From positions 992,001 to 1,056,000 of the forward strand of contig CAVSHR010000005.1 of assembly GCA_963727625.1 (NCBI GenBank): a stretch of DNA of 64,000 nucleotides, written 5' to 3'. The DNA is from an uncultured delta proteobacterium (GTDB taxonomy: Bacteria; Desulfobacterota; Binatia; UBA9968). A program made the translations under genes and the position numbers. Positions 38,586 through 48,897 of the stretch are shown here, piece by piece. Under the pieces are notes generated by a model. That model ran no database searches, was not told where the DNA came from, and saw nothing but the letters and a program-made list of their open reading frames with translations. Within the stretch, counting starts at the first letter, position 1, and every line of letters starts with the position of its first letter.

Positions 38586-41500
38586 TATTTTTCTCCACCT
38601 TTCTTGTTTTTGGCGGCGACGAACTTACCCTTGAGATAATTCTTCATGGCGGCGCGCTCGTATTTCGGTCTGAGCCCGAGCGCCGCCGGCCGCCAGATGC
38701 CTTTGCCGTTCATACCGCCCGGCTCGGCTTTGGTGATTTTTACGATCGCTTCGCGCGGCGCGCCCGTGGGGCAATGAACATCGGGGAGGAAACCCTTGTG
38801 GACCGATTGACCGAACAGGTCCTTGCGCACCAGCGAATCGGTCATCCAGGTGGGCTTGAGCCACCCGCGCGTGGCGGCCTGGTGCGAGCCGGATCGGAAC
38901 ATCGCCTGATAGGGGCTGCGCGGATTTTTCGCCAGACCGTCTTCGCGCGTCTCTTGTCCCTCCACGGATCCCGGCGTGGCGCCGTACATATTGAACCACA
39001 TGCGGGTCACCCCGCGCGGCGTGCCCGGGTAATAGCGGGCGCGGCACAGCAGGCGCGCGAACTTGTAATCCTTTTCATTTTTCTGCCAGCCCCGGAACGG
39101 TCGGTCCGAAGGATCGGAATCGATCCAGACATAATCGCCATCGTCAATCCCGAGAGATTTGGCGTCCTCCGGATGAATATCGACGTAGCCTTCGGCGGCG
39201 AACGGCTGGCGCTTGTCATGACGATAAATATCGCCGAACGGCCCGAAGAGCATCGCCACCATGTCCGTGTCGACCGGCATCGTGTGCGCGCCATGGCGGT
39301 ATTTCGGCGTGTGAAAAACAAATTTGTAACCGTCCTTCGCCAGCGGGTGCGAGGTCTTTCTCGCTTCGTTCCAGCTCATGACGACATTGCGCCCCTGGCG
39401 AACATCGTTGGAAAGGTCGTCTTTTTTGACGCCGTAGCTTTCGGGCCCCCTGGCTTTGATGAACGGATGGCTTGGAGCGATGATCACGTTGGGTTCGTAA
39501 AAAGTCGAATCGATGGGCTCGCGATGAACCGGCAAGTTTTCTCCCGCATCGATGAACTCGTCCTCTTCCCGATAAAATTCCAAACGTCCGGTCTTGGTAT
39601 ACCAGGGTCGGGAGTCATAGACCTGCTCGTAGCCGACGGCCTTGGGATTGGTCCGGTTCATCATGAGGGCGGGAATTCCCTTCTTCGCCTTTTCCTCCAA
39701 GTCGGCGATGTTGTATCCCTTGGTGAGTGAAGAGTGGTCGAGAATGCGCTGCAGGTAAACCTCCACGTTTCCCGCGTCGACGAACTTCCACATATCGGCG
39801 AAGCGCTGATCGCCGGTCCGTTGCGCCAGCTTTTTTCCGACCAGCGCCAGGTATTCGATGTCGCCGCGGGTATCGAACGGCCGCGGCTGAGGCGTGCGGG
39901 GAAAGATCGTCAGAAACGGGTTGGTCACCGACGCGCTCATGTCGGGATATTTGAGCTCGGACCAACTATCAACCGCAAAAACCACGTCCGCCCACTCACA
40001 GGAAGTCGACCACCACCATTCCTGGACCGCGATCATTTCGATTTTCGGCAACATGTTGACGACCGTGTTGTAATGCCACTTGACGTTTCCCAATATCGAG
40101 TTGGCGTTGGCGAACCAGAGCGATTTGGTCGGCGCCGGCATGTGCGTTTTGCCGGTGATCATCGTTTTGCCCATCTTGAGCGGGTGGTCTTCGTGATTGT
40201 AATAATGCGCCGACTCGGCCTTCCAGAACTGCTTCGGCCGCGCCGGCTTGGCGCCGTCGAGCTCGAGATCGAACGGGTTCTCATTGATGTATTGCGGCAC
40301 GCCGTTGAACATCGCCACCCGGTAATTTCCCGCGTAGGAGCCGATGTTGCCGGCGAGCTTGCCGATGTTGCCGGTGAGCGCGGCCAGGAGAAACTGGGTT
40401 CGGTCCTTATTGTCGTTGTTGAAGAACTGATTCGGCCCCATGCCGATGGCGAACAAAGTCGTTCCCGGCGTTTTTGCAATTTCCGCTGCCAGGCTTTCCA
40501 CCGCTTCCGCTGGCGCCCAGGTAATCTCCTCTGTGGTCTTCGGATCGAAGTGCTTCACGTATTCGAGGATCACATCGAAAATCGGCCGGCAGAAGATTTT
40601 CTTGCCGTCTTTGAGCGTCACTTCAACCGAACCTTCCAGGAGCGGGTCGGCCACCGTCGAGTATTTGCCCACGTGATCGCGGGCGAGCGCTTCAGGCTTG
40701 GAGGTCTGGCGATTCCACCAGACGTAGTCTCCCCAGGCTTTTCTCAATTCCTCGGGAAGCAGCATGTCGGTCTGAGCGCCCGGCGGCGGTACTTTGTCCC
40801 CTTTCACCACGGTCTTCGTCTGGTTTTTCAGGATATGGAGCTGGCCGCCGAAGACCTCCTCGGCGCGGAGCAATTTCAAATTATCGGCCCGTACCAGCAG
40901 CGGCAGATCGGTGAAGCGCCGCACGTAGTCGCCATCGTAAAGCTTTTTCTCCATGATGACGTTGCATAGGCCGAGCGCCAGCGCCGGGGTCGTGCCGGGA
41001 CGAACGACGATGACCTCGTCGCCTTTCGGGCTCGTCGACGAGTATTCGCATGCGATCACCACGACCTTGGTGCCTTTCAGGCGCGCTTCGGTCAGCCAAT
41101 GGGTGTCGGGCATTTTCGTCGTCACCCAATTCATGCCCCAGACAATCACCATACGCGCCAACTCCACGGCGTGAAGATCGAACTCGACGGTCTGCTGCCC
41201 GGTCACCATGGGATGACCGGGGGGCAGATCGGTATGCCAGGAGTAGTTATCGAAGCCGCGTCCGCCGATCGCCTCTTCGGGTTTAACGCCGCGCAGCTTG
41301 TGGTCGAGGAGAGCCATGGAATTCGCCAGCCGGTACAGGCCAAAAACTCGGGTCATCCCCAAGAGCGGCATGCCGCCGCGGAATTTGAGCACCTGGGTGC
41401 CCGCTCCCTTGGTGGCCTGAACGACCTGCTCGTCGTAACCCTGGTGCAGCAGGAGCTTTTGGCCTTTCTCGCCGCTGTACGTCGTGGCGACGTTGATGAG

Positions 41501-42040
41501 CGCCGCCGCGACGATATCCGCCGCCTGCTCATGGGTGACCCGCAGCCAGTCATCCCGCGCTCGATCGAAATATTCCTTCGGCGGGCGTCCGTCTTTGTCC
41601 CGCGGGAACCCTTTGTCCACCCAGGCCTTGAAACCCTTGCGCACCATCGGATAGCGCACGCGCCGGTCTCCGTAAAATCGCCGCGTGAGCGCCAGTCCCT
41701 TCTGACACACCCGCGGGTCCCAGCGATGACTGACCTTCGTGCCGTAGAGATCGCTGGCTTCCCCATATTTCATGGTCGGACCGATGCGCGTGATCACGCC
41801 GTCGCGCACATAAGCGTTCAAGATGCAGTTATGGGTATCGTTGGGGGCGCACAGAAAGGTAAAGCTCGAGTCTGATTTCCAAAGATCGCGATAGGTTTTT
41901 TCCCAGTCGCGGTTTGGATAGGCCGCCAGTGGATTTTCAATCGCCTGAAGCCCCCAGGCGTCGCGCACCGAGAGCGCAAACGCGGAAAAGCCAGCGGCGC
42001 CGACCCATTCTAAGAATTCACGGCGGTTGATATTTTTCAT
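38585..42040 (-). CDS. nxrA: DMSO reductase type II alpha subunit, NxrA/periplasmic NarG-like (1151 aa)
   Basis: Tat signal NRREFL; FS0 motif CAPNDTHNC...C (C-x3-D-x3-C); Mo-ligand segment [12 protein letters not shown]; start at 42040 overlaps the upstream stop. Catalytic direction not determined. Confidence 0.85.
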   Translation of the reverse strand: MKNINRREFLEWVGAAGFSAFALSVRDAWGLQAIENPLAAYPNRDWEKTYRDLWKSDSSFTFLCAPNDTHNCILNAYVRDGVITRIGPTMKYGEASDLYGTKVSHRWDPRVCQKGLALTRRFYGDRRVRYPMVRKGFKAWVDKGFPRDKDGRPPKEYFDRARDDWLRVTHEQAADIVAAALINVATTYSGEKGQKLLLHQGYDEQVVQATKGAGTQVLKFRGGMPLLGMTRVFGLYRLANSMALLDHKLRGVKPEEAIGGRGFDNYSWHTDLPPGHPMVTGQQTVEFDLHAVELARMVIVWGMNWVTTKMPDTHWLTEARLKGTKVVVIACEYSSTSPKGDEVIVVRPGTTPALALGLCNVIMEKKLYDGDYVRRFTDLPLLVRADNLKLLRAEEVFGGQLHILKNQTKTVVKGDKVPPPGAQTDMLLPEELRKAWGDYVWWNRQTSKPEALARDHVGKYSTVADPLLEGSVEVTLKDGKKIFCRPIFDVILEYVKHFDPKTTEEITWAPAEAVESLAAEIAKTPGTTLFAIGMGPNQFFNNDNKDRTQFLLAALTGNIGKLAGNIGSYAGNYRVAMFNGVPQYINENPFDLELDGAKPARPKQFWKAESAHYYNHEDHPLKMGKTMITGKTHMPAPTKSLWFANANSILGNVKWHYNTVVNMLPKIEMIAVQEWWWSTSCEWADVVFAVDSWSELKYPDMSASVTNPFLTIFPRTPQPRPFDTRGDIEYLALVGKKLAQRTGDQRFADMWKFVDAGNVEVYLQRILDHSSLTKGYNIADLEEKAKKGIPALMMNRTNPKAVGYEQVYDSRPWYTKTGRLEFYREEDEFIDAGENLPVHREPIDSTFYEPNVIIAPSHPFIKARGPESYGVKKDDLSNDVRQGRNVVMSWNEARKTSHPLAKDGYKFVFHTPKYRHGAHTMPVDTDMVAMLFGPFGDIYRHDKRQPFAAEGYVDIHPEDAKSLGIDDGDYVWIDSDPSDRPFRGWQKNEKDYKFARLLCRARYYPGTPRGVTRMWFNMYGATPGSVEGQETREDGLAKNPRSPYQAMFRSGSHQAATRGWLKPTWMTDSLVRKDLFGQSVHKGFLPDVHCPTGAPREAIVKITKAEPGGMNGKGIWRPAALGLRPKYERAAMKNYLKGKFVAAKNKKGGEK

Positions 42041-43710
42041 TTTCTTGTCCCCCAGGTCCGTAGGAATGCAACGATGGATGAAATTTCCGAGTCCGTCAGG
42101 GCTCCTTGCACCGTTGAGCTCGTACCGAAACCGCCCATGGAGGTTCCGGCGCGGCCGCTTTGAATCGTCTTCAAAAGATAGGTATCCGTGGCGAGATCGA
42201 GAAAGACGCGATTGTTGAGCGCCGGCCCTTCCTTGCCCTCGCCGCGCTCGCCATGGCATCGGGCGCAGGCCGAGGCAAACAAACGCTGCCCTTCGGCCGC
42301 ATTGCCTTCAATCCAGCGGCGCGGTTTAGCATCCCCTTCAAAGGCGATCCCGCCGAGATCGCGAATGTAAGCGACGAGCCGAACGATCTCTGCATCGCGC
42401 AGCCCGCCTTCCAACTCTCCCCAAGCCGGCATGCGTCGCCCCGGCCGCCCCCGCTTGATCTGCTCGCGCAAGAAATCGTCGGAAACCAGACGCAGAAAAT
42501 CCCGGTTTCCGATAGCGGGAAACGGGGCTAAACCGGGGTAGCGCATGCCTTCGCCTCCGGCGCCGTGACAGGCCGCGCAGAAAGTTCCATAGAGCGTCGC
42601 CCCGTCCGTAGCGAACTCGCGCAAACCGAAGCGCTCGGCGCGAATGCGGTCTTTAGGCCAAAGCGCTTCGTAAAAGTTCCGCCGCCGCAAAGACATCATA
42701 TACAAGGTCAGCCGATCGATCTGTTGGTCGCCCAATCCGAGCTCGGGCATTGCCGAACCGCGCACCACCGAAGCGGGAGCGCGGAAATGATCCTTGAGCC
42801 AGTTGGCGAGCGTGCGTGCTCCTTTGACTGAGCTGAAATCGAGCTGTCCGGGATCCTTGTTACCCTCGGCGGTCAAATCCGGCCCGTCATCCCCGCCTAC
42901 GCCGCGAACTTTATGGCAGCCGCGACAGCCGAGAGTATGAAACAGCGCTTTGGCTTCCACTAAACCCGGGGCGCCGACACGAGAGCGAAGATATTCATCC
43001 AGCTCGGCTCGTTCCGCCGCTGAAAGCTCGCCAAAGGCCGAAGTCCATGGTCCGAAAGCTGCCTTTTTCTTTTCGCCGAGGTGAACATCGTACCAATCAG
43101 CCTTAAATCCGGTCGCGCCTACCCGCGAGAGATCCGGTCCCTCCCCACCTCCGGCACCGCCAGGACGCAGCGTTCCGCCCCTTCCGTCCAGCTTGTGGCA
43201 CGCGAGGCAATCGGCTTGTTCGAAAACTCGTTTGCCGTTTTCGAGACGAGCGAGGTTGGGAACGCTCAGGTGGGTGTGGCATCCGCCACACCCGGCATAG
43301 AGATATTTTTTTTCCAGCATCGGCTCCGGCCAATACGGCACCGCGCCATGCGCCGCCGCCGTTTCGGTCGCCCTTCCCTGGCCGCTGTGACAAACGGTGC
43401 AGCCGTAAGCGGCCGGATCGTGGACCACATCCGGATGGCGCCCGAAGAGTCGATCGCCTTCGATGCCGTTTTCACCCGGCGCCATCCCGACGTGACAACT
43501 CACGCACCGGTCCGTCGCTTCCAGCTCACGGCTGACAATCTGCCGCAGTTGAATCGTGAAGGCGTCGGCCTGGGACGCCGGCAGCTCCGCTTGTATGCGC
43601 CGCTGGATCACGCGCCAGTCGCGGAAGAAATTCTCGCTGACGGCGGCCCAAACCAGCACCGCCAGCGCCGCCAGGCTTGACCACAGGAGCAGATGTTTGT
43701 TCGCCTTCAT
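42037..43710 (-). CDS. Membrane-anchored heptaheme cytochrome c
   Basis: CVSCH, CTVCH, CGGCH, CLACH, CRGCH, CAACH, CARCH; N-terminal TM. Confidence 0.9.
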   Translation of the reverse strand: MKANKHLLLWSSLAALAVLVWAAVSENFFRDWRVIQRRIQAELPASQADAFTIQLRQIVSRELEATDRCVSCHVGMAPGENGIEGDRLFGRHPDVVHDPAAYGCTVCHSGQGRATETAAAHGAVPYWPEPMLEKKYLYAGCGGCHTHLSVPNLARLENGKRVFEQADCLACHKLDGRGGTLRPGGAGGGEGPDLSRVGATGFKADWYDVHLGEKKKAAFGPWTSAFGELSAAERAELDEYLRSRVGAPGLVEAKALFHTLGCRGCHKVRGVGGDDGPDLTAEGNKDPGQLDFSSVKGARTLANWLKDHFRAPASVVRGSAMPELGLGDQQIDRLTLYMMSLRRRNFYEALWPKDRIRAERFGLREFATDGATLYGTFCAACHGAGGEGMRYPGLAPFPAIGNRDFLRLVSDDFLREQIKRGRPGRRMPAWGELEGGLRDAEIVRLVAYIRDLGGIAFEGDAKPRRWIEGNAAEGQRLFASACARCHGERGEGKEGPALNNRVFLDLATDTYLLKTIQSGRAGTSMGGFGTSSTVQGALTDSEISSIVAFLRTWGTRK

Positions 43711-43767
43711 CTTCCAGCGTTGACCTGAATCTGCAATTTGAGATTCGTCATCTGAGATCCCGCAGAG

Positions 43768-45336
43768 CTAGTGTCCCGGCCACTGGGAGTGAGACCAATA
43801 AAACTCCCAGTTCGGTCCGCGGAAATAGGTTCCGATCACTGTCAGCACCACAAAGCCGCACATAAAGCAGGTGAACAAAGCCAATGCGCCGGCGCGTGTC
43901 GAGTTGTACTTTTTCAGGCAGCGAAGCGAATAGCAGGCGTAGATCAAGGTCAATAGCGTGCCGGGGTTAATGAACGTGATTATGAGCTGCGGCGCGCCGA
44001 GCCACCATTGGCGAATCCAACCGAATCGAATCACCAAGGCTTCGATAACCACCACCACCGTCAGCCCGAAGATGGCCGCGCCGGCCACCAAGCGCCCGCC
44101 TCCGGCACCGCCGAACCAGGTTCCGGTCCCGTCTGTTTCACGATCCAGATAAGGGATCAATCCGAGGCCGATGAGCACGATCATCGGAATGCCGACGCCG
44201 CCCATGAAAGCTGAATGCGAGACTAATTCCTGCAGCCCGAGAAAATACCAGGGCGCTTTGGCGGGATTTTCGGGTATTGCCGGATTGGCCACTTCTTTCA
44301 GCGGCGCGTCGAGAAAAATCGCCAGAATCACCGAGAGCGCGACCGTCAACATGAAGACGGCGGCTTCGCCATATAGCAGGTGCGGCATGGAAGGCAGGGT
44401 GTGCTCCGGCCCGTCTCCGACCGCGGCTGTTCGTCCCTTGACGATGGCTGCCAAGCTGTAGGTCTTCTGCGGCGCTTCCGTAAAGACCGGATAGAGCTCC
44501 GCCGGCCCGGCCCCGAGCCGCCGGTCCGCGTCGGCAGGTTTTGCCAGGCCGCCATCCTTGCGGATGCGCCAGAAGTGCACGGCCATGAGCGTGACCAAAA
44601 GCAGGGGCAGAATCATCACATGAAAGAGATAAAAACGTATGAGCGCCTCTTCACCGACCTCTTCGGAGCCGAGAAGGATTAGTTTTTGCAGCCCGCCGAT
44701 GTCGAACCACGACGTGATCCCGAGTGCGTCCGTGACTTCGCGCGGCGACTGCGCGATGTTCGCGCCGATGGTAATCGCCCAGTAGGCCAACTGGTCCCAG
44801 GGAAGCAGGTAGCCGGTAAAGGAAAGACCGAGCGTCAGCACTAAAAGCCCCATGCCGATCAGCCAGTTGAACTCGCGCGGCGCTCGATAAGACGCGGTGT
44901 AAAACACCCGCGCCATGTGCAGCAGAACCACCACCACCATCATGTTTCCCGACCAGCGGTGGATGTTGCGAATGAATCGTCCGGTCGGCACGACAAAGTG
45001 AATGTCTTTAATCGAAAAATAAGCGACGTCCGGGTAAGGCTTGTAGTAGAACATGAGCAGCACGCCGGTGATCACGAGAACCAAAAAGCAAGAAAGCGCC
45101 GCAATCCCGAGCCCCCAGGTCGTTGACCAGCGGAGACTCCAGCGGTGCGTGCGCACCGGATGGAGATGGAGAAAGACGTTGCCAAACACAAAAGTCGAGC
45201 GGGTCCGGTCCGACGCGGGCTTCCCGCTCCGAAACATCGTCTCGGTCAAACGGCGCGGCGCCAGTTTTAGATTTTCAGTGAATCGGCCTAGTGCCGACCC
45301 GCTCGGGGCCTCCGCCCTTGAGGTTAGCGGATTCAT
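43768..45336 (-). CDS. petB: Cytochrome b of a Rieske/cytb complex (b6 + subunit IV-like regions in one chain)
   Basis: IRNIHRW...LHM, FTGYLLPWDQ, FHV...VHF heme ligands, NPAKAPWYF Qo region; start MNPL at 45336. Confidence 0.9.
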   Translation of the reverse strand: MNPLTSRAEAPSGSALGRFTENLKLAPRRLTETMFRSGKPASDRTRSTFVFGNVFLHLHPVRTHRWSLRWSTTWGLGIAALSCFLVLVITGVLLMFYYKPYPDVAYFSIKDIHFVVPTGRFIRNIHRWSGNMMVVVVLLHMARVFYTASYRAPREFNWLIGMGLLVLTLGLSFTGYLLPWDQLAYWAITIGANIAQSPREVTDALGITSWFDIGGLQKLILLGSEEVGEEALIRFYLFHVMILPLLLVTLMAVHFWRIRKDGGLAKPADADRRLGAGPAELYPVFTEAPQKTYSLAAIVKGRTAAVGDGPEHTLPSMPHLLYGEAAVFMLTVALSVILAIFLDAPLKEVANPAIPENPAKAPWYFLGLQELVSHSAFMGGVGIPMIVLIGLGLIPYLDRETDGTGTWFGGAGGGRLVAGAAIFGLTVVVVIEALVIRFGWIRQWWLGAPQLIITFINPGTLLTLIYACYSLRCLKKYNSTRAGALALFTCFMCGFVVLTVIGTYFRGPNWEFYWSHSQWPGH

Positions 45337-45830
45337 ACCGTCACCGTTGTTCCAGCGGCGACGTTGTTCCCTTCGTCGATCATGAAATGGTCGCCGCTCA
45401 AATGTTTCACCTCGAGCCACGGCAGTCCCTTCGGCGCGGGTCCTTTGATCACCGAGCCATCCTTTGCGAATTTCGAGCCGTGACACGGGCAGTCGAAACC
45501 CGTTTCGGTCGGCTTGACGATGCAGCCCAGATGCGTGCAGACCCGGGAAATCGCGTGCACCGCGTTGCCCTCTTTTATAATCGCTACCGACCGGCCGGCG
45601 GGGAGGTAGGGTTGGCCCGCGAGCAAGGATGGCGGGAGCGTGACTTTGAATTTCTTCGACGGAGAAGGAAGGACCGCAGCTTTCGGCAGCCGCATCGCGC
45701 CGAGAAAGCCGAAGAGCAGCGCGGCTGACGCAGACCACCACGCCGCGAGACCGAGGAAATCCCTGCGTGGCATCGCCTCGGGATCCAATCTGGACCGGAA
45801 CGTCGATGGGGTCTTGGCTTCGGTTGTCAT
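45333..45830 (-). CDS. Rieske [2Fe-2S] subunit (PetC/QcrA type)
   Basis: Tat RRDFL, TM anchor, CTHLGC, CPCHGSKF, GPAP. Confidence 0.92.
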   Translation of the reverse strand: MTTEAKTPSTFRSRLDPEAMPRRDFLGLAAWWSASAALLFGFLGAMRLPKAAVLPSPSKKFKVTLPPSLLAGQPYLPAGRSVAIIKEGNAVHAISRVCTHLGCIVKPTETGFDCPCHGSKFAKDGSVIKGPAPKGLPWLEVKHLSGDHFMIDEGNNVAAGTTVTV

Positions 45831-47794
45831 GCAGCCCTCCACTCGGTTTGAAAGCTCACCCGCTCCATGGCGATGGCATCGGCGGGACAACGCTCCACGC
45901 AAAGCGCGCAGCGAATACAGCGGTCTTCGTCTTTCAGAATCGCCGAGTTATTTTCCAGATCGGCGTCAGCGCCGAGTTGAGATTCAAAAAGCTCGCTAAC
46001 CTCCGCGGCCGGGTTCAGTGCGGAGAGAGGGATGATCTTCAAGCACAGCGTCGGACAAACATCGGCGCACCCGCCGCAGAGAATACAGCGATTGCCGTCG
46101 AAGACCGGGGTCACGCCGCAATCGAGACAGCGCGACGCCTCGCGCATCGCTTCGTCCTCGGCAAGGCGTTTTTCTACCGTCAAAGTCGGGTCCGCCAAGC
46201 GCTCCGCAGGCGATGCCATCGGCAATTCTACGCGGCGGATCCGCTCGTAACCGAGCTCGCGCCGATAACGGTCGAGCCGCACGAAACTCATCAACGTCTC
46301 GGGTTGAAGGGCGCGGCCGGTCACGTATTGGTACACCGAGCGAGCCGCTTTCTTTCCCGAGGCCACCGCATCGATCAAGAGCCTGGTCCCGTGCGCCAGA
46401 TCGCCAACCACGAAAACGCCTTCGGCCGTAGTCATGAGCGTTGTCGGATCCACTTTTGGCCAGCCCGGCCGGAATTGCTCAATATCGGCGCCGCCCTCGT
46501 CCAAAAACGAAAGGTCCGGCGCTTGGCCGGCGGCGATCAGAATCGAGTCGCAGTCAAGCACCTGTCTGTTTTCCTCTTCGAATGACGGCGCAAACCGGCG
46601 TTGATCATCGTAAACCCGGACGCAGCGTTTGATTTCCAGGCCGATGACGGTCCCTTGGGGGTCACGCCGAATCGCCACCGGCCCCCAGCCGGAGAGCCGC
46701 TCGATGCCTTCCTCTTCCCCTTCGCGAATTTCCACGGTGTCCGCCGGCATCTCCTCCAAAGTTTCAAGAGAGACCAGACGGACGCGCCGCGTGCCGGTGA
46801 GGCGGGCGGCCATACGCGCGGTGTCGTATGCCGCTTGACGGACAACCGTTCGCGCGACGTCATACGCGACATTGCCACCGCCGATCACGACCACATCGGC
46901 CCCAAGCGGCAGGTTCTCCGCCAGCGCAGCGGCGCGCAGGAAGTCGACGCCGCCGTAAACGCCCGGCCCCGGCTCACCCGGAAGACCCAAGGCTCGTGGA
47001 CGCTTTGCACCCACGGCCATGACTACCGCGGCGAATTCATCGCGTAACGACTGGAATGAAAGGTCACGGCCAATTTTGGTCTTGCAGCGGATTTCGACGC
47101 CGAGGGCTTCAATGACCGCGACTTCACGCCGGATCAGCTCGCGTGGGAGACGGTATTCCGGAACCCCCACCGCCAGCATTCCGGCGGCCAACGGTTCCAT
47201 CTCGAACACGACGGGTGTGAGTCCCAGCAGGGCGAGGTCGTGGGCCGCGCTCAGCCCCGCCGGACCCGACCCGATGATCGCGACCCGCTGCCCCTCGGCG
47301 GGGACTAAAGCTCCTTGCGTAGCGGCACGTAGCAAGAACGCCATTTCCTCGGCGTCCGCCGCAACTTTCGGGACATAGCTCCTGAGGCTTTGCAAAATTT
47401 CTTCCGGAGCCCGCGCTTCGGCTCCGATGGATTCGCAAACAAAGCGCTTCAAGGCGCGAATCGAGATGGGCCGGTCGGTCGCCACGAATGAGCCATCGGC
47501 ATCGGTCCGAGGAATTTTCCCGCGCCGACACCCGGTCTCACAGGGCGCGCCGCAGATTCGGCCGCAGATCGATGCGAAGGGATTCGGGCCTCTGGCGATA
47601 AGGTAGGCCTTGTCAAATTCCCCGTCGGCGATCGCGCGCACATAGCCCCGCGCATCCGTGTGCACTGGACAAGCGACTTGGCAGGCGATCAGATCCTTAT
47701 GGTGATCGCCTCTAGGAAGCTCGGCCCGAATCGGCGTTCGCATCATTGCACCATCGGTTTTCGTCGTCGCCGGCGTCGGCGTCGGCTGAATCAC
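45827..47794 (-). CDS. NfnB/GltD/DsrL-like FAD/NAD(P)-binding Fe-S oxidoreductase with C-terminal ferredoxin domain
   Basis: CQVACP..CGRICGAPCE..C; GSGPAG; GGGNVA; RCLDC; CILCGGCADVCP; CIRCALCVERCP. Confidence 0.88.
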   Translation of the reverse strand: MIQPTPTPATTKTDGAMMRTPIRAELPRGDHHKDLIACQVACPVHTDARGYVRAIADGEFDKAYLIARGPNPFASICGRICGAPCETGCRRGKIPRTDADGSFVATDRPISIRALKRFVCESIGAEARAPEEILQSLRSYVPKVAADAEEMAFLLRAATQGALVPAEGQRVAIIGSGPAGLSAAHDLALLGLTPVVFEMEPLAAGMLAVGVPEYRLPRELIRREVAVIEALGVEIRCKTKIGRDLSFQSLRDEFAAVVMAVGAKRPRALGLPGEPGPGVYGGVDFLRAAALAENLPLGADVVVIGGGNVAYDVARTVVRQAAYDTARMAARLTGTRRVRLVSLETLEEMPADTVEIREGEEEGIERLSGWGPVAIRRDPQGTVIGLEIKRCVRVYDDQRRFAPSFEEENRQVLDCDSILIAAGQAPDLSFLDEGGADIEQFRPGWPKVDPTTLMTTAEGVFVVGDLAHGTRLLIDAVASGKKAARSVYQYVTGRALQPETLMSFVRLDRYRRELGYERIRRVELPMASPAERLADPTLTVEKRLAEDEAMREASRCLDCGVTPVFDGNRCILCGGCADVCPTLCLKIIPLSALNPAAEVSELFESQLGADADLENNSAILKDEDRCIRCALCVERCPADAIAMERVSFQTEWRAA

Positions 47795-47810
47795 TGAAAA
47801 ACCCGCCCTG

Positions 47811-48224
47811 TCATCTGCCCGAACTGCTCGCCAAGTCGGCCAGCGTTGTTTGTTCCATCAGTTCGCCGATGACCCGTTGTCTCACTTTCTTCCACTTAAA
47901 ATGGAGCGCGCAGGGATTTGCTTCCGCGCACCGCTCGCTCCAAAAAATGCACCGCTCGAAAAGATCAGACCCTTCTATTGCGAGAAAAACTTCTTTCAGC
48001 TTGAGGTCCTTGGGTCTTCGCGCCAGGGCATAGCCACGAACGGCCCCTCGGGAGGAAACCAGGATTCCGCCCCGGGTGAGTTTTTGAAAGATTTTCGCGA
48101 GGAAACTGACCGGTATACCGCGCGACTTCGCGACGTCGCGAAGTAGCATCACCGTCCCAAAAGGCTTGGTGGCCAGCGCGATGAGTCCCTCGATCGCGTA
48201 TTCGCTCTCTCGTCCGAGTCTCAT
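47811..48224 (-). CDS. Rrf2 family regulator with a 3Cys+His putative Fe-S site
   Basis: SEYAI, FLAKIFQKL, S.RGA.RGY.LA, C-x6-C-x5-C-x2-H. Confidence 0.9.
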   Translation of the reverse strand: MRLGRESEYAIEGLIALATKPFGTVMLLRDVAKSRGIPVSFLAKIFQKLTRGGILVSSRGAVRGYALARRPKDLKLKEVFLAIEGSDLFERCIFWSERCAEANPCALHFKWKKVRQRVIGELMEQTTLADLASSSGR

Positions 48225-48232
48225 GTGCAAGA

Positions 48233-48259
48233 GTCAAAAGACAAATTTGATCTTTTGAC
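48233..48259. promoter_or_regulatory. Putative Rrf2 operator (9-9-9 inverted repeat)
   Basis: GTCAAAAGA-caaatttga-TCTTTTGAC immediately upstream of the rrf2 start. Confidence 0.7.
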
Positions 48260-48489
48260 ACCAACCCGACGCAAACCGCATACCATTGCATGCAATTAGC
48301 GGGAGACGAATTTTCAACGTAAAACCGATGGGGGGCTTCCGGAAATCAAGAAAACGGGCGAGTGATTTTCTCAAAAAGAAAAAACTTGGAGTTAACGCTC
48401 ATTCATGTGGATCGAATAGACCAAGCCCGGCGGGTTCCCGCTTCTAACACAATTGGCGCGGTGGACCGAGAAGAGCTGATTAAACCGGC

Positions 48490-48765
48490 ATGACTCGCCT
48501 TGCCGAGCCCCACATCGTCGAGGCCACCCGCGAGCGCCGCACACCGAGTTTCACCCGCGACGACGAACGCGTGGTCTACGACATCACGATGGAGCTCAAC
48601 ACAATCCGATAATTGTCCAAAGCTGATGTCAGCCGCGGCATGGCCTTGTTCGGGGAGCAAAAGATGGTCGAACTCGTCAGCGCGATAGGCTTCCATTCAA
48701 TGGTCGCAATGACGCTAAAGGCCTTCGACGTGCCGGTCCCGGGCGAAAGAAAACCGTTCAAATGA
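48490..48765 (+). pseudogene. Second carboxymuconolactone decarboxylase family pseudogene
   Basis: MTRLAE joined to PHIVEA.RERRTPSFTRDDER (internal deletion), TAA at 48610, ELVSAIGFHSMVAMTL; paralog of 35243-35785. Confidence 0.8.
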
Positions 48766-48897
48766 ACAAATGGTCAAGATCGGCATCGACTTCGAACTGA
48801 ACGTTTCCGCAGTGACAGGAACCTTTGTATGTTTGTTTCATGACATGCAGCACCTTTGCGTCTTCATCTCAACGCCATGACAGCCAGTTTCTGATGC

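Noticed and set aside
42041-42259. Extended starts in the ORF track for the Mo alpha subunit (similarly for cytb, Rieske and the beta gene at 4434-4721)
   Set aside because: They overlap upstream genes; internal ATGs with ATGA coupling and Tat motifs give better starts
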